The translations under genes were made by a program, and so were the position numbers. From Selaginella moellendorffii (Eukaryota; Plantae; Lycopodiophyta), in the NCBI RefSeq assembly GCF_000143415.4, contig NW_003314295.1, positions 995,038-1,059,037 on the forward strand: a stretch of 64,000 nt of DNA, written 5' to 3'. Position 1 is the stretch's first letter, and each line of letters opens with the position of its first letter. Below are positions 44,292 to 58,138 of this stretch, piece after piece. Below the pieces are notes generated by a model, which worked only from the letters and a program-made list of their open reading frames with translations, did no database searches and was not told where the DNA came from.

Positions 44292-46331
44292 ATGGAGAGG
44301 CAAGAATGTATCAGGCAATTGGAGTCATGTACCACACTTTCTCGTGCATCCCAGCTGAGATCGCTAGTGGAGCGCACCAGCCATTCGAGAGATACGTTCG
44401 TGTGGAACAAACTCATCGAAGTTTTCGGGAGGTGCGGCGGCATCTCCCAGGCTCGAGAGGTCTTTGATTCTCTGAGGCAATGGAAGAATTGCTACTCGTG
44501 GGTTTTCATGATCTCTGCTTACTCCAGGAACGGACTTGTGGAGGAGGCCAGGCGGACTTTCGATGAGATGCCGGAGAAGAATCTGGTCTCCTGGAACACC
44601 ATCGCTGTGACTTATGCCCAAAACGGGCATCTTGCGGATGCGAAGCGGATCTTTGATTCCATGCCGGCTAGGAATATGGTATCTTTTTCTTCGATGCTGA
44701 CCGCGTTTGCTCAAAACGGGCAGCTGGAAGCCGCCCGGAGTATCTTTGACAGGATGCCCACAAAGAATCTGATCTCCCAGACGGCGATGTTATCGGCGTA
44801 TGCCCAAAACGGGTATCTCGAGCATGCAAAGCAAGTATTTGACTCAATGCCGCAGCACAATCTTGTCTCTTGGAACTCAATCCTTACCGCATTTGCACAG
44901 AACGGAAATCTAATCGATGCTCAAGATACATTCAATCATATGCCCGAGCAAGACTTGATTTCCTGGAATGCAATGCTAACAGCAATCGCCCAAAAGGGAA
45001 AAATGGAGGATGCCAAGAGATTCTTTGACGAGATGGCTTGCCGCAACCTTGTATCTTGGAACTCCTTGATCTCGTCCTTCTCCCAAAACGGACACGTGGC
45101 AGAGGCCAAGAGGCTGTACGAGAATATGCCAGAGAGGGACCAAGTCTGTGCCACCGCAATGCTCACGGCATATTCCCAGCTTGGGAATCTCCGGGATGCT
45201 GAGGCAGTGTTTAGCGAGATGCAGTTCCAAAACTCCATCTCCGCCACCGCAATGCTGAATGCGTATGCCCAAAACGGGTATATCCAGGAGGCCAGAAATG
45301 TATTCGACCAGATCCCCCAAAAGAACGTCATTACCTGGAACTCTATGCTCACAGCCTATACAGAAAATGAGAATCTTACAGAGGCAGAATGCTTGTTTGA
45401 AAAAATGCCGGAGTTGGATCTTGTTTCATGGACTACCATGCTATCGGCATATGCGCAAGAAGGGCATATCCAGAAAGCTAAGCGTATATTCGATAAAATG
45501 CCCGAGAAGGACAGGGTTGCATGGACAGCAATGCTGAGGACATATGCCCTGTGTGGGAATCTGGAGTATGCTAGGTGGATTTTAGAGAATATGCCTGAGT
45601 GGGACACGGTAGCCTTGACTACCATGCTAGCTGCATATGCCCAAAGTGATCACTTAGAACAAGCAGAATGTTTGTACACAAGGGTTGACGAAAAGAATCC
45701 GGTGCTCCAAACTGCAATGCTAAGTGCGTACAATATCAATGGAAACTTGATCGAGGCAAAGAGTGTGTTTGATCAAATGGGTCAGAGGAGTATGGTCTCG
45801 TGGAACTCGATGCTCTCGGCATATGCCCAGCACGGGAATGTCGAAACTGCGAAACGAATCTTTGATGAGGTACACGAGAGGAGTGCCGTGACATGGATTG
45901 CTATGATGTCGGCATATGCGCAGAATGGGCATTTCCGAGAAGCCCTGTTCTTGTTCCGCGAGATGAATAGCTTCCAGATCTTCCTCGACGATGTTTGCTT
46001 CATCTGTGCGTTGCACGCTTGCAATCACGTCGGCAAGACGAACGCCGCCAAGTCGTGCTTCGTTTCGATGAGCTTCGACTTTGGTGTCTCTCCGACGAAG
46101 CGCCACTACTGCTGCTTCGCGGATCTCATCGCCCGCGCGGGCCACCTCCGCGACGCCGAAGATCTCGTGCTAAACATGCCATTCGTGCCGGATAAGTCCG
46201 ACTGGAGATCTCTCCTGGGCGCTTCCAAGTCTCACAGTAGCGCCAAGCTTGGGGCTCGAGCGGCGCATCGAGTGCTTGATATGGATCCCTGCGACGCGCC
46301 CTCTTACGTCCTCCTTTCGACCATAAGCTAG
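44292..46331 (+). CDS. PPR protein, long tandem array of 31-aa S-type repeats + E domain, 679 aa
   Basis: Repeated N.VSW..ML.AYAQ.G....A...FD.MP; E domain HYCC..DL.ARAG.L..AE.L...MPF.PD...W.SLLGA; no DYW domain. Confidence 0.95.
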   Translation: MERQECIRQLESCTTLSRASQLRSLVERTSHSRDTFVWNKLIEVFGRCGGISQAREVFDSLRQWKNCYSWVFMISAYSRNGLVEEARRTFDEMPEKNLVSWNTIAVTYAQNGHLADAKRIFDSMPARNMVSFSSMLTAFAQNGQLEAARSIFDRMPTKNLISQTAMLSAYAQNGYLEHAKQVFDSMPQHNLVSWNSILTAFAQNGNLIDAQDTFNHMPEQDLISWNAMLTAIAQKGKMEDAKRFFDEMACRNLVSWNSLISSFSQNGHVAEAKRLYENMPERDQVCATAMLTAYSQLGNLRDAEAVFSEMQFQNSISATAMLNAYAQNGYIQEARNVFDQIPQKNVITWNSMLTAYTENENLTEAECLFEKMPELDLVSWTTMLSAYAQEGHIQKAKRIFDKMPEKDRVAWTAMLRTYALCGNLEYARWILENMPEWDTVALTTMLAAYAQSDHLEQAECLYTRVDEKNPVLQTAMLSAYNINGNLIEAKSVFDQMGQRSMVSWNSMLSAYAQHGNVETAKRIFDEVHERSAVTWIAMMSAYAQNGHFREALFLFREMNSFQIFLDDVCFICALHACNHVGKTNAAKSCFVSMSFDFGVSPTKRHYCCFADLIARAGHLRDAEDLVLNMPFVPDKSDWRSLLGASKSHSSAKLGARAAHRVLDMDPCDAPSYVLLSTIS

Positions 46332-46356
46332 AAACTTCGCCAAAGCACAATGCTTC

Positions 46357-46432
46357 AATCCAATTCGATGCAAGCGCAGATCCAAAACGATCCAGCATTC
46401 TATGCTCAAGAATTGTAGGATCTCGCCCATGA
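46357..46432 (+). pseudogene. Duplicated 5' start fragment of the downstream PPR gene
   Basis: AATCCAATT.GATGCAAGCGCAG.TCCAAAACGATCCAGCAT.CTATGCTC...GGATCTCGCCCATG matches ~47469-47553, with a 9-nt deletion. Confidence 0.85.
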
Positions 46433-47479
46433 GACACGACCATTTTAGTCTTCGGAAGCAGTGGATTGAGGAAGAACAAAAGCAACTGTTGAGCTCAGTC
46501 AATGGTCTCTACAAAGTTGGCGGTAGAGTTTCTTACGTAGTCTTCCGTGGGCACAGACTCGCAATTATTGGCAAATGGTGTCTACCTCTCCACTATGATA
46601 CGCAAGAGGATGAGGTTCTGGAGCTTGTCACCATTTCGAAGAGCCTTGATGAATCTGAGGTCTGTTGCTGCTGGTGTCTCTAGCCTACACGACGCTATCT
46701 GATGCAAAAGAACAGGTTCGATGCTATGGCTTGAAGAAAGGGAACGTAGACGAGTTTCTCTTGCTCAGCCCGCTTTGGAAGTTGAAAGCGGGCAAGGCCC
46801 CAACACTGTGATCCTAGCGTTCGAGATTGGGGAGAGACACGAGGAACCGGGGTGGCGCAAACTTGGTGGAGTTCTAGGTTTTTTGCCGCAAATCCTTGAA
46901 GTGGTTCTTTTCACTCGCCAAGGGACGCGGAAATGCAATGACCCTGACTTTGAGCTGTTATTCTGGCGTAAGTGTTGCCATCTTTGCCTCACTTGTTTGT
47001 GCACCATCAATTGACATAAAAATTATTTTTATCATTATTATTTTTAATGATAAGATAAAATAAGCATTCTTGTAGAGGACCACAGCTTCGTTTCCTCAGA
47101 AATATTGCCTGCTACTTTCACCGTGATCCAGTTGGAGAAACTGAAACAAAGTGTAGCTTTCGTACCCCAGTAGATTCTCTCTTTTGCTTACTTCACATCT
47201 TTCTTTTGTTTGAATAATCCAGTGCTTAAAGTATCCTGATAAGAGCGATTCATTGCTTCGAGAGGTCAAAGTCACGCTAATGGTAGAAGATGGATGAACC
47301 ACAGATGGTAGATATGTCCAATTGCCGAGAATGCTTAATATCATACAAGCGATGGATCGATTGACAAGGGTACGGGAATGCCAATCTTTCATCTTTAGAG
47401 AGAATGGAGAAGATTTTATTTTGTAGCACTATATAATTCCAAAGATGATCACCAAAGAACTGTCTTCCAATCCAATTTG

Positions 47480-49258
47480 ATGCAAGCGCAGGTCCAAAAC
47501 GATCCAGCATCCTATGCTCGAGCTCTCAAGAACTGCAAGGATCTCGCCCATGGCAGAGTCCTCCACACGCAAATCCTCGCCAGCGAGCACCGGGAGAGCG
47601 TCTTCTTGGGCAACCACCTTGTGGAGATGTACGGAGAATGTGGCAGCGTTGTGGACGCGCGAAGGGTCTTCGATGAGATCCAGCCGCCCAATGTGCACAC
47701 GTGGACGATCATGCTCAAGGCGTATGCCCGCAATGGGCACCTGGCCCAGGCCAAATCCCTCTTCGACGATATGCCCGTACGGAATGTTGTGTCGTGGACG
47801 TCCATGCTGGCGGCGTACGTGCAGGGTGGCCAAATTGACGACGCGAGACGAATATTCGACTCCATTGCCAGAAAGAATGTTGTGACTTGGAATGTTATGT
47901 TATCAGCATATGCCGTTGATGGGCATTTTTGCGAAGCGAAAGAATTGTTTGACCAAATCAAGGACAAAAACGTGGTTACTTGGACTATTATGTTGTCAGC
48001 TTACATACACTGTCAGCCATTGGGTGATGCAAGAATATTCTTTGGTTCCATGCCCAAGCGCAATGTGGTGTCTTGGAACTCGATGCTTAGTGCATATGCC
48101 CGTAATGGGGATTTAGAAGAGTTAAAACTTCTGTTTAAAGAAATGCCTCACCGCGACGACGTATCGTGGAATATTTTGCTTAAAACGTACTGTTTGCGTG
48201 GTGATTTGCATGAGGCTAGGAAATGTTTCGAGAAAATGCCGAGAAGAGACGTGGTGTCTTGGACTACCTTACTTGCAGCATATGCCCGCCAGGGGCATAT
48301 GCTGGAAGCGTTAGAAATGTTTGAAAAGATGCCACTTCGCGATACAGCGGCATGGAACTGCATGATAAACCTTTGTGTTGAGAATAATTATCTACCGCGA
48401 GCAAGATCTATCTTTGAGAAGATGGAAAGACGAGATCTCGTTTCGTGGAAGACGATGATCGGAGCTTACACTGCGAGTGGCAATCTCGACCAAGCGAAGG
48501 ATCTCCTGGATCAAAACCCATTCCAGGACGTGGTTTCTTGGACCTCTTTGATCTCGGCCTGGTCCCAGAGGGGCGATGCTACATCAGCGTTTAGGATCTT
48601 TCAAGGAATGGTTATGGAGGGAGTGACGCCCAACGCGATCACCTTCTTGGTCGTGATCGATGCCTGTGCCGGGAGCGCCGATCTTGCCAGAGGCCGAGTT
48701 GTCCACCAGATCATCCTGGAGGAGCAGCCCAGCATCGTGCTCCACGATATCGCGCTGGGAAACTCGCTGCTCAATCTCTACAGCAAATCCGGGAGTGCGG
48801 ACGATGCAAGGGAGATCTTCGAGCGCATGAAGCAGCGCGATGAGATCAGCTGGAACTCGATGGTCGCGGCGTATGCTCGATCGAAGAAACCATCGCTGGC
48901 CCTGGAGGTTTTCCGTGCCATGAATCTGGAAGGCATCGCAGTGACCGAGGCGACGCTAATTCACATCATGGCGATGTCCAGCCATGCCGGATCTCTGATC
49001 AGCGCGAGGGATTGCTTTGTTTCCACGTCCCAGGATTTTGGAATCGATCACAAGCTGGATCACTACAGCTGCATGGTGGATCATTTGAGCCGAGCTGGGA
49101 AATCTCGCGAGGCGGAGGAGCTGCTAAGATCCATGCCATTCGAGCCCGATTTGATCGCATGGAAATCTCTCTTGGGCGCTCGAGAGGATAATTTACAGCG
49201 GGTAGATTCTAAAACTTCCTATGTTCTAGTCAGTAATAACTTCTACATTTTCACTTGA
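47480..49258 (+). CDS. PPR protein (S-rich PLS, truncated E domain), ~592 aa
   Basis: NHLVEMYGECGSV.DARRVFD; repeated NVVSW..ML.AY; HYSCMVD.L.RAG....AEELL.SMPFEPD.IAW.SLLGA. Confidence 0.95.
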   Translation: MQAQVQNDPASYARALKNCKDLAHGRVLHTQILASEHRESVFLGNHLVEMYGECGSVVDARRVFDEIQPPNVHTWTIMLKAYARNGHLAQAKSLFDDMPVRNVVSWTSMLAAYVQGGQIDDARRIFDSIARKNVVTWNVMLSAYAVDGHFCEAKELFDQIKDKNVVTWTIMLSAYIHCQPLGDARIFFGSMPKRNVVSWNSMLSAYARNGDLEELKLLFKEMPHRDDVSWNILLKTYCLRGDLHEARKCFEKMPRRDVVSWTTLLAAYARQGHMLEALEMFEKMPLRDTAAWNCMINLCVENNYLPRARSIFEKMERRDLVSWKTMIGAYTASGNLDQAKDLLDQNPFQDVVSWTSLISAWSQRGDATSAFRIFQGMVMEGVTPNAITFLVVIDACAGSADLARGRVVHQIILEEQPSIVLHDIALGNSLLNLYSKSGSADDAREIFERMKQRDEISWNSMVAAYARSKKPSLALEVFRAMNLEGIAVTEATLIHIMAMSSHAGSLISARDCFVSTSQDFGIDHKLDHYSCMVDHLSRAGKSREAEELLRSMPFEPDLIAWKSLLGAREDNLQRVDSKTSYVLVSNNFYIFT

Positions 49259-49304
49259 GCCACTCTATATAAGCGATTTTAGGGCTCTTCACTAGGTCAA
49301 GACA

Positions 49305-50135
49305 ATGGAGAGCTTGGTGGGAGTGGGGCAAAGCATTGGTGATCGCGATTACATGGAGGACTATTGTAGCTATCTAGATCTAGAGCATAGTCTCCTGGCC
49401 GGGGTGTTTGATGGGCACGGCGGCGATCAAATCGCAAGGTTTTGCTCGGAGAATTTCCTCCCTCACGTAGCTGGGAAGCTGGAGGAAATGGGCGAGGACG
49501 ATCACTGCTATCGCGAGGCTTTGCACGACGCGTTCCTGGAGATGGACGATAAGTGTTTGAAGGAGTGTGATTACACCAAGTTGGACGACAAAGGCGATGA
49601 GATTGTCTCCGGCAGCACGGCGGTGGTGGCACTCGTCCAGCCTCGGGAAAAAATCCTCACGGTCGCAAGCGTCGGAGACTCGCGGGCGATCCTCTCCTGG
49701 AACAAAATGGCGGTGGATCTGGCCATCGCTCACGAGCCCGAGATCCCCGAGGAGCAGTCCAGGATCGAGGCCGCGGGGGGGAAAATCCAGCCCAACGGCA
49801 GCGTCACGGGCAAGGACGAGCGGGGAATGCTGGCGATGTCGCGATCGATCGGCGACTTCGATTTCAAGCTGGATCCGGAGCTGGCGCTGGACGAGCAGAT
49901 CGTGATCGCGGTGCCCGAGATTGTGGAGGAGGAGCTCAAGGGCGACGAGGATTTCCTGGTGCTATCGTCGGATGGGATCTGGATGGACAGCCAGCAGGTC
50001 GTGGATCTGGTGGGAGGGATGATGGGGAGAAAGGTTCCACTGGGCGAGATATGCCAGAAGCTTATCGAGAAGGCTGATTCTGACGACAACATGACGGTGA
50101 TCATTGTAGATCTCGCAAAACTGAAACAAAGGTGA
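49305..50135 (+). CDS. Protein phosphatase 2C (catalytic domain only), intronless, 276 aa
   Basis: GDRDYMED, GVFDGHGG, SGSTAVVA, VGDSRA, LAMSRSIGD..FK, FLVLSSDGIW, DDNMTVIIV. Confidence 0.95.
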   Translation: MESLVGVGQSIGDRDYMEDYCSYLDLEHSLLAGVFDGHGGDQIARFCSENFLPHVAGKLEEMGEDDHCYREALHDAFLEMDDKCLKECDYTKLDDKGDEIVSGSTAVVALVQPREKILTVASVGDSRAILSWNKMAVDLAIAHEPEIPEEQSRIEAAGGKIQPNGSVTGKDERGMLAMSRSIGDFDFKLDPELALDEQIVIAVPEIVEEELKGDEDFLVLSSDGIWMDSQQVVDLVGGMMGRKVPLGEICQKLIEKADSDDNMTVIIVDLAKLKQR

Positions 50136-50396
50136 GGAATTGGAGAGAGAGAGAGAGCATTTTTAAGAACCCTAAATCTGCCCTAAAATGTTAAACAAAG
50201 ATTTACTTTACTTTTTTAATCTTTTATGTGCCCTAAAATGTACCAGCTTACATTGAAGGGTTTAGGGTTTTTCAAAAAAGTAGTTAATTTTAAAAAACCC
50301 TAAACCAGTTACGTTAATTTACTTTACTTTTGGCAGGCAACAAGATTGTGTTTGAGTGAAACGAAGAAAGACGAAGAACAAGGAAGGCACAGAGGC

Positions 50397-51124
50397 ATGA
50401 GCCGCGCATACCTGGCTTTATTCTTCCTTGCGCGCCTCTTGCTCGAGATCCGCAATGCCGAATCGCAGTGCGCCGAGCTCCAGAAATACGTCGAGCTCTC
50501 GCAGGCCTGCGACTTCTACTTCGATGGCTACCACCATCTTCCTCCCATCCTGGAGCTCAAGAACAACGAGAGTCTCACGCCTTCCATCTCCACCAGGTAA
50601 AGAGCTCTCTCTCACCTCCAAGAGCTCACGCAGCGTGATTTCTTTCCTCCAGGGACGGGAAGAAAGTGCTGAGGATCGGGGAGATCGCGCGCTGCAAAGC
50701 TTATTTCGCTGCGTCCTTCACGTTCGTCGGCGTTGGAGGAACTGGAGACTGTCACAACCAGTTTAGGATCAACAAGAACAATCAAGTAGAGCTGGCTCAC
50801 TTTGGTCAGCAGCAGGGAGCTCTCGTCGATCCGTTGCAAGCCAGTGCCATTATCCTGTTCCTGGATCAGCTGGAGCTCGAGGATGGGACCTGCTTAACCG
50901 ATGGAGATCACGACACCAAGTACATCGAGAGCCGGAGGTGTGTCTCGTTTCTTACCATGCCTCACCTCCACGCCGAGGTCGCAGCTCCGGTGGTGGTGAT
51001 GAAGGAGTTCGTGCTCTTTCGCGAGAAGATCATGCTCGAGTTTATCCAGACGATGAGGAAGATCCAAATGAACCTGAGGCAGATGATCCAGGAGCGCCTT
51101 CTTCAGCAGTTGCCGACGTATTGA
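50397..51124 (+). CDS. Orphan secreted protein (~223 aa; exons 50397-50596, 50653-51124)
   Basis: Signal-peptide-like MSRAYLALFFLARLLLEIRNAES; 56-nt GT-AG phase-2 intron joins two ORFs in frame; GC3-rich codons; 6 Cys. Confidence 0.7.
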
Positions 51125-51424
51125 AGGCTCGAGGTCGTGGTATCCATCGGACCGGTCTTTTGTTGTTATTCTACCACCAGCCTGAAACGACAAGATAATT
51201 CTTGAGAAACAGAACAAAAAAAGAATAAACCATACTCTCTCGGTCGGCTGTCCTTTAGGAGATTATCGCGTTTGACGTTGGAAGTCGCATCTTTGCTACA
51301 AGCGAGACAAGTGAAACACGCAATGCTGCCGGCCTAAAAAATAAAAATCAAGTGCAGGCTCGTTCCTGTTCATTAAGGTCCTCTATAAATTGCAGAAAGA
51401 AATTCCGAAATCAATCACCTGGCA

Positions 51425-54249
<2,825 letters not shown>

Positions 54250-55543
54250 ACCGAGCCGCAAGAGGAGTCACAAATCCCGGAGGCTAAGGTTTATAAGAAC
54301 AAAAACTAGCACACTTCATGATATTTCTCGAAAAAAATTCACTGTTCTCGAATAGAACAACACAACGAAGCTTCATAAGCCAGCGATAGATGATCTAATT
54401 CATTATCTACACAGGAAATCACTCGAAATTTGCACTTAGCAAAGAGGACAAAGACTTCACGAGAATGCCTGACAACGAAGCGATCTATCTAAGGATAGCA
54501 AGATCGACACAATCCACAGCAAAGAGAGCTGTATCGAGGCCAAAATCACAGAAAAGATGCATTGGCACGCGATCTTACCAGGCCGCGCATTCTCCCGCCT
54601 AGAACCCATCCAAGAACCCTAGGATCTAAACCTTTGAATCGTTTTTATTGTTACTATTAACATGTATAATCGTCCTACTGTCAAATGGATACATTTATGT
54701 ACATTTGCCAAAGAATATGGTACTCTTTTCTCGTCCCTCACGAGCATTGCCAAGCTTCTTTCTTGAGTGTGAGTTTCGCGAATCCAGCGTTGAGTAGAAC
54801 ACATCGTTGCTGTTGCTGTTGCTGCTGATGGTGGTAATAAGCCGCTGCCATTCTCTGGACTATCGACGCTTGCTGGTGGAGACCGCAGCTCATCGTCACC
54901 GGCTGGGAAGCCATCACCGGACCACACGAGGCCATGTAAAATCCTCCGCTTCCATTCTGGGTTCCAGCAGCTTCACTCGCTCGATCCATAGCTGCGAATA
55001 TCAGCTTCGTTGGTCGATGCTTCTCCCTGCAAAGATCGATCGAACTACCTTGATACTCTCGTTATATCGTCCACTTAGGAGCTTTCGGCCTGTCGGTTCT
55101 CGGCCTTCCACAATCTTTCTGAAACAAAGAATCATATTAGAAGCTGCGCATAGAAAACTAGTGAAGTTACTGACCTTTGAGCAGGAGAGTAGAGCGGAAA
55201 CTAGTAAAGCTACAGACCTCTTCTCTAGATTTTGAGAGCTGGATTTTGCGGTTCTTGGCGTCCAGTCCAGCTACTTAAGGGGACCGCCGACGGACGTAGA
55301 CAAATCTCCTAGCATCGCTGTTCCACCTGTGCCAGCTTACCTTCAGTTACTCCGTCTCACACCAGCCATCGATACTCTGTCTCACGACATGTTATGTCGA
55401 AATGGAAAAGTCCAGAGCAAGAGTACGACACCATGTCAAAAAAACAAAACATCAAAAAACCCCAGCGGAGGAGTTAACTATAAGAAGTGGAAATTCCTCA
55501 CCGAAGCTATCCATTGGATTCGATACCTCGACAAATGATGCTT

Positions 55544-57841
55544 TTACGTAGATATGAGGCCGCTTTTCCTCCTCTTTTTCCCGTCGGGAGTACCATGGAG
55601 CTGGGGCTTGTAGTCGTAGGTGCGCAGTTGGAAGGCCTCAAAGGCTTCGGACACTGCTTCGACCTGTACGTGGACACAGTAAGTCATGTCTTGGGCTGAG
55701 CGATCACGTAAACTTACGAGCTCTGGTTTTTTGGCATATACGCGAACAATCCTGTCCACGCAGTGATCAGAATAAAACCCGCTCAAGTTCTGTCTGTCCA
55801 CCGTAAACTTGACAGAGTCGTCAAACTCCTGTTTGAAAAACGTCAAAATAGCCCCTGCAATTCAGTAGCCATTGTCTGTTACCTTGAAAAAGTGCACCCT
55901 GTATACAGAGCCACACCAAGTAAGTACGAGGCCTACGGAGAAAAATAAGTTACTAGTTTTACCCAGATAAAGGATCGGGCTTTCCACAAGCAAGGTCTAT
56001 CTTCACGTTGCTAACGACAATGTCATCCTCAGAAATTTTTGCCCCAGATTTCTGCATGGAAAGTAGATTATGACAAGTGGCATACAAGCTACGTACCCCG
56101 CAGCAAACAATGTCTTTGGCAGTGACGTCTTTGAAATGTTCAGTTTTTTCCTTTGGAACAAGGTACTCGTTACAAAACTACATGTTAAAAGAACTTAGAG
56201 GGAACAAAGCACGAAAGTTTTTGGAACCTGATAGAGTCCTTGACCACATCTCTTCATTCGCCAGACCAGTTCTCTCGCTTCCTTGAGCTCATCCACATCT
56301 GAAGTCTCGATCGCTTTCAGAAGAGAGTCGTCCATCTGAAACTCAAAGCCAAGCTAAGCAAATGCAAAACACGGATAAGTTTACCTTCCAGAATTGTTCT
56401 GGGTCAAAAACTCCTGCCGATATTCCCAGATAGTCGTCAGAGAGTACCAGCACATCCGCGAGCATAAGCTCTAAAGCCTGTCCAAAAGAAGGATGAGATG
56501 GACAAGACAAAACCGACGTACCTTGACTTTCCGATGAGTATAGATTTTTCGGAAAAGATCTGCTCTCGTTCGAAACAGATTCCACACTTCCATGGCTGGA
56601 ATAAACTTGTAAGACAAACATAGCTGGGTTGGTTTCCTCACCATCAGTTGCAAGGTAGCAAATCTCGTTGTCGATGACTTTAATATTGTCCATCAGCCTG
56701 GAAAAGAAAGAAAAAATTCGCCTCACCAAGACAGCCAGTGAAAATGAAATGCGGCAATTACCTGCCGAGCGTAAAGTTCGAAGTTATACCGCATGCACGA
56801 GAGTCTCGAAGAATGTAGTCAAACCTACACAGAAACTATAAACAATGCGGTGATGATAAAATACTCGTACTTATCCACGTCAATGGAGTTGCGTCCGTTA
56901 GCCACGATGTCAAAGAGAAAGGTTTTCTCGTTGTATTCCTACAAAGATACAAGTCAGGCCTTGGTTTAAGAACTTTTCAAACCTCAATCAGCGAAGGGTT
57001 CTTGCTACATAAGATCATATCCTGCAAAATGTGATCGAACGCCGTGAGAGTAAGAAAGAAAAACAGCTTGGTCTGTTACCTTGACTCGCTTAAGATCAGT
57101 GGAACTAATGTCGATGTGATTCACATCCACTATGTAGTCGATCATCCTCGTTGACATGTCCTCGTGAGACCTGCATCGCCCTTATATATATATATCACCA
57201 TGTTAAAAGACCGAAGTTCTCGCACCACTTGTGTCCTGGCATAATCCGAGGAAGGAACTCGTTGTCAAAGACATGACTGAAGGGACCATGTCCAACATCG
57301 TGAAGTAGGCCTGAGAGGAAGCTTTTAGCCATTCATAAGTTTTGGAAAAGAGAACCTGCCAAGCTCACAATCGTGATATCAGAGGTGGTGATCCTCAACT
57401 CTGGCTGAAAAACTCGGTTATCAAGGGGAAAAACTAGAGCACGAAAAAAGATAACGCGTACGTTCTTCGCGAGATTTTCGACTGTCATGCGAGCGAGTTT
57501 GTAAACACCCAAAGAATGCTCAAACCTCGAGTGCGATGCGCCAGGGTAGACCAAGTAGCAAAGTCCTGAGACAAAGAAATAGAGAAAGTGAAGAGCCCCG
57601 ATCCATACCAAGTTGCTTGATATCACGCAGCCTCTGGAATTGTAGCGAATCCACGAATTTCAAGCTTAGCTACGAGAGAAAGAAAGGGAAATAGTAGCAA
57701 TCGATCAATCGCATGCAAGAGCGTTTTGGAAATTCTTACCGGATCCACGTAAGTGTTACCGTGGAGATTATCGAGAATCACCTTGTCGCGGCGCCTCGGC
57801 TGCATTGATCGCGGGAGCGCATCTTCATTCAATGCGCCCAT
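55544..57841 (-). CDS. VEN4: HD-domain dNTP triphosphohydrolase (SAMHD1/VENOSA4-like), many short exons
   Basis: [73 protein letters not shown]-terminal TPDGKKRRK. Confidence 0.9.
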
Positions 57842-58138
57842 TTTCTTGGTAGAATCACCAGAAACTCCAGAAGAACCCTACTTTTTCTACATTCCAGCAA
57901 CAGAAAAAGGCGATCGATTGCAGCGCCAGCGATTCATCCGATCCAGCTTCAAATATTTTCTGGTAATCGATCGATCCAGCGCAGCTGATCGCGACGAGCA
58001 ACAAAGAAGAATAATCTCAAGGCGGACCGTCCGATCTAGGGCGTCCACGTGGTCGAATCCGGGAGCTGCTATTATCCGCTTTGCCTTCCCGTTCTTGTGA
58101 AGGATGAAGCCGGGGCAGTTTTTCTAGGGCTCCAGAGG

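Noticed and set aside
46500-47400. Gene between the two PPRs
   Set aside because: Only short ORFs in mixed frames with no recognisable motifs.
50160-50310. Interstitial telomere
   Set aside because: Isolated AAACCCTA/TTTAGGG units are promoter telo-boxes, not an array.
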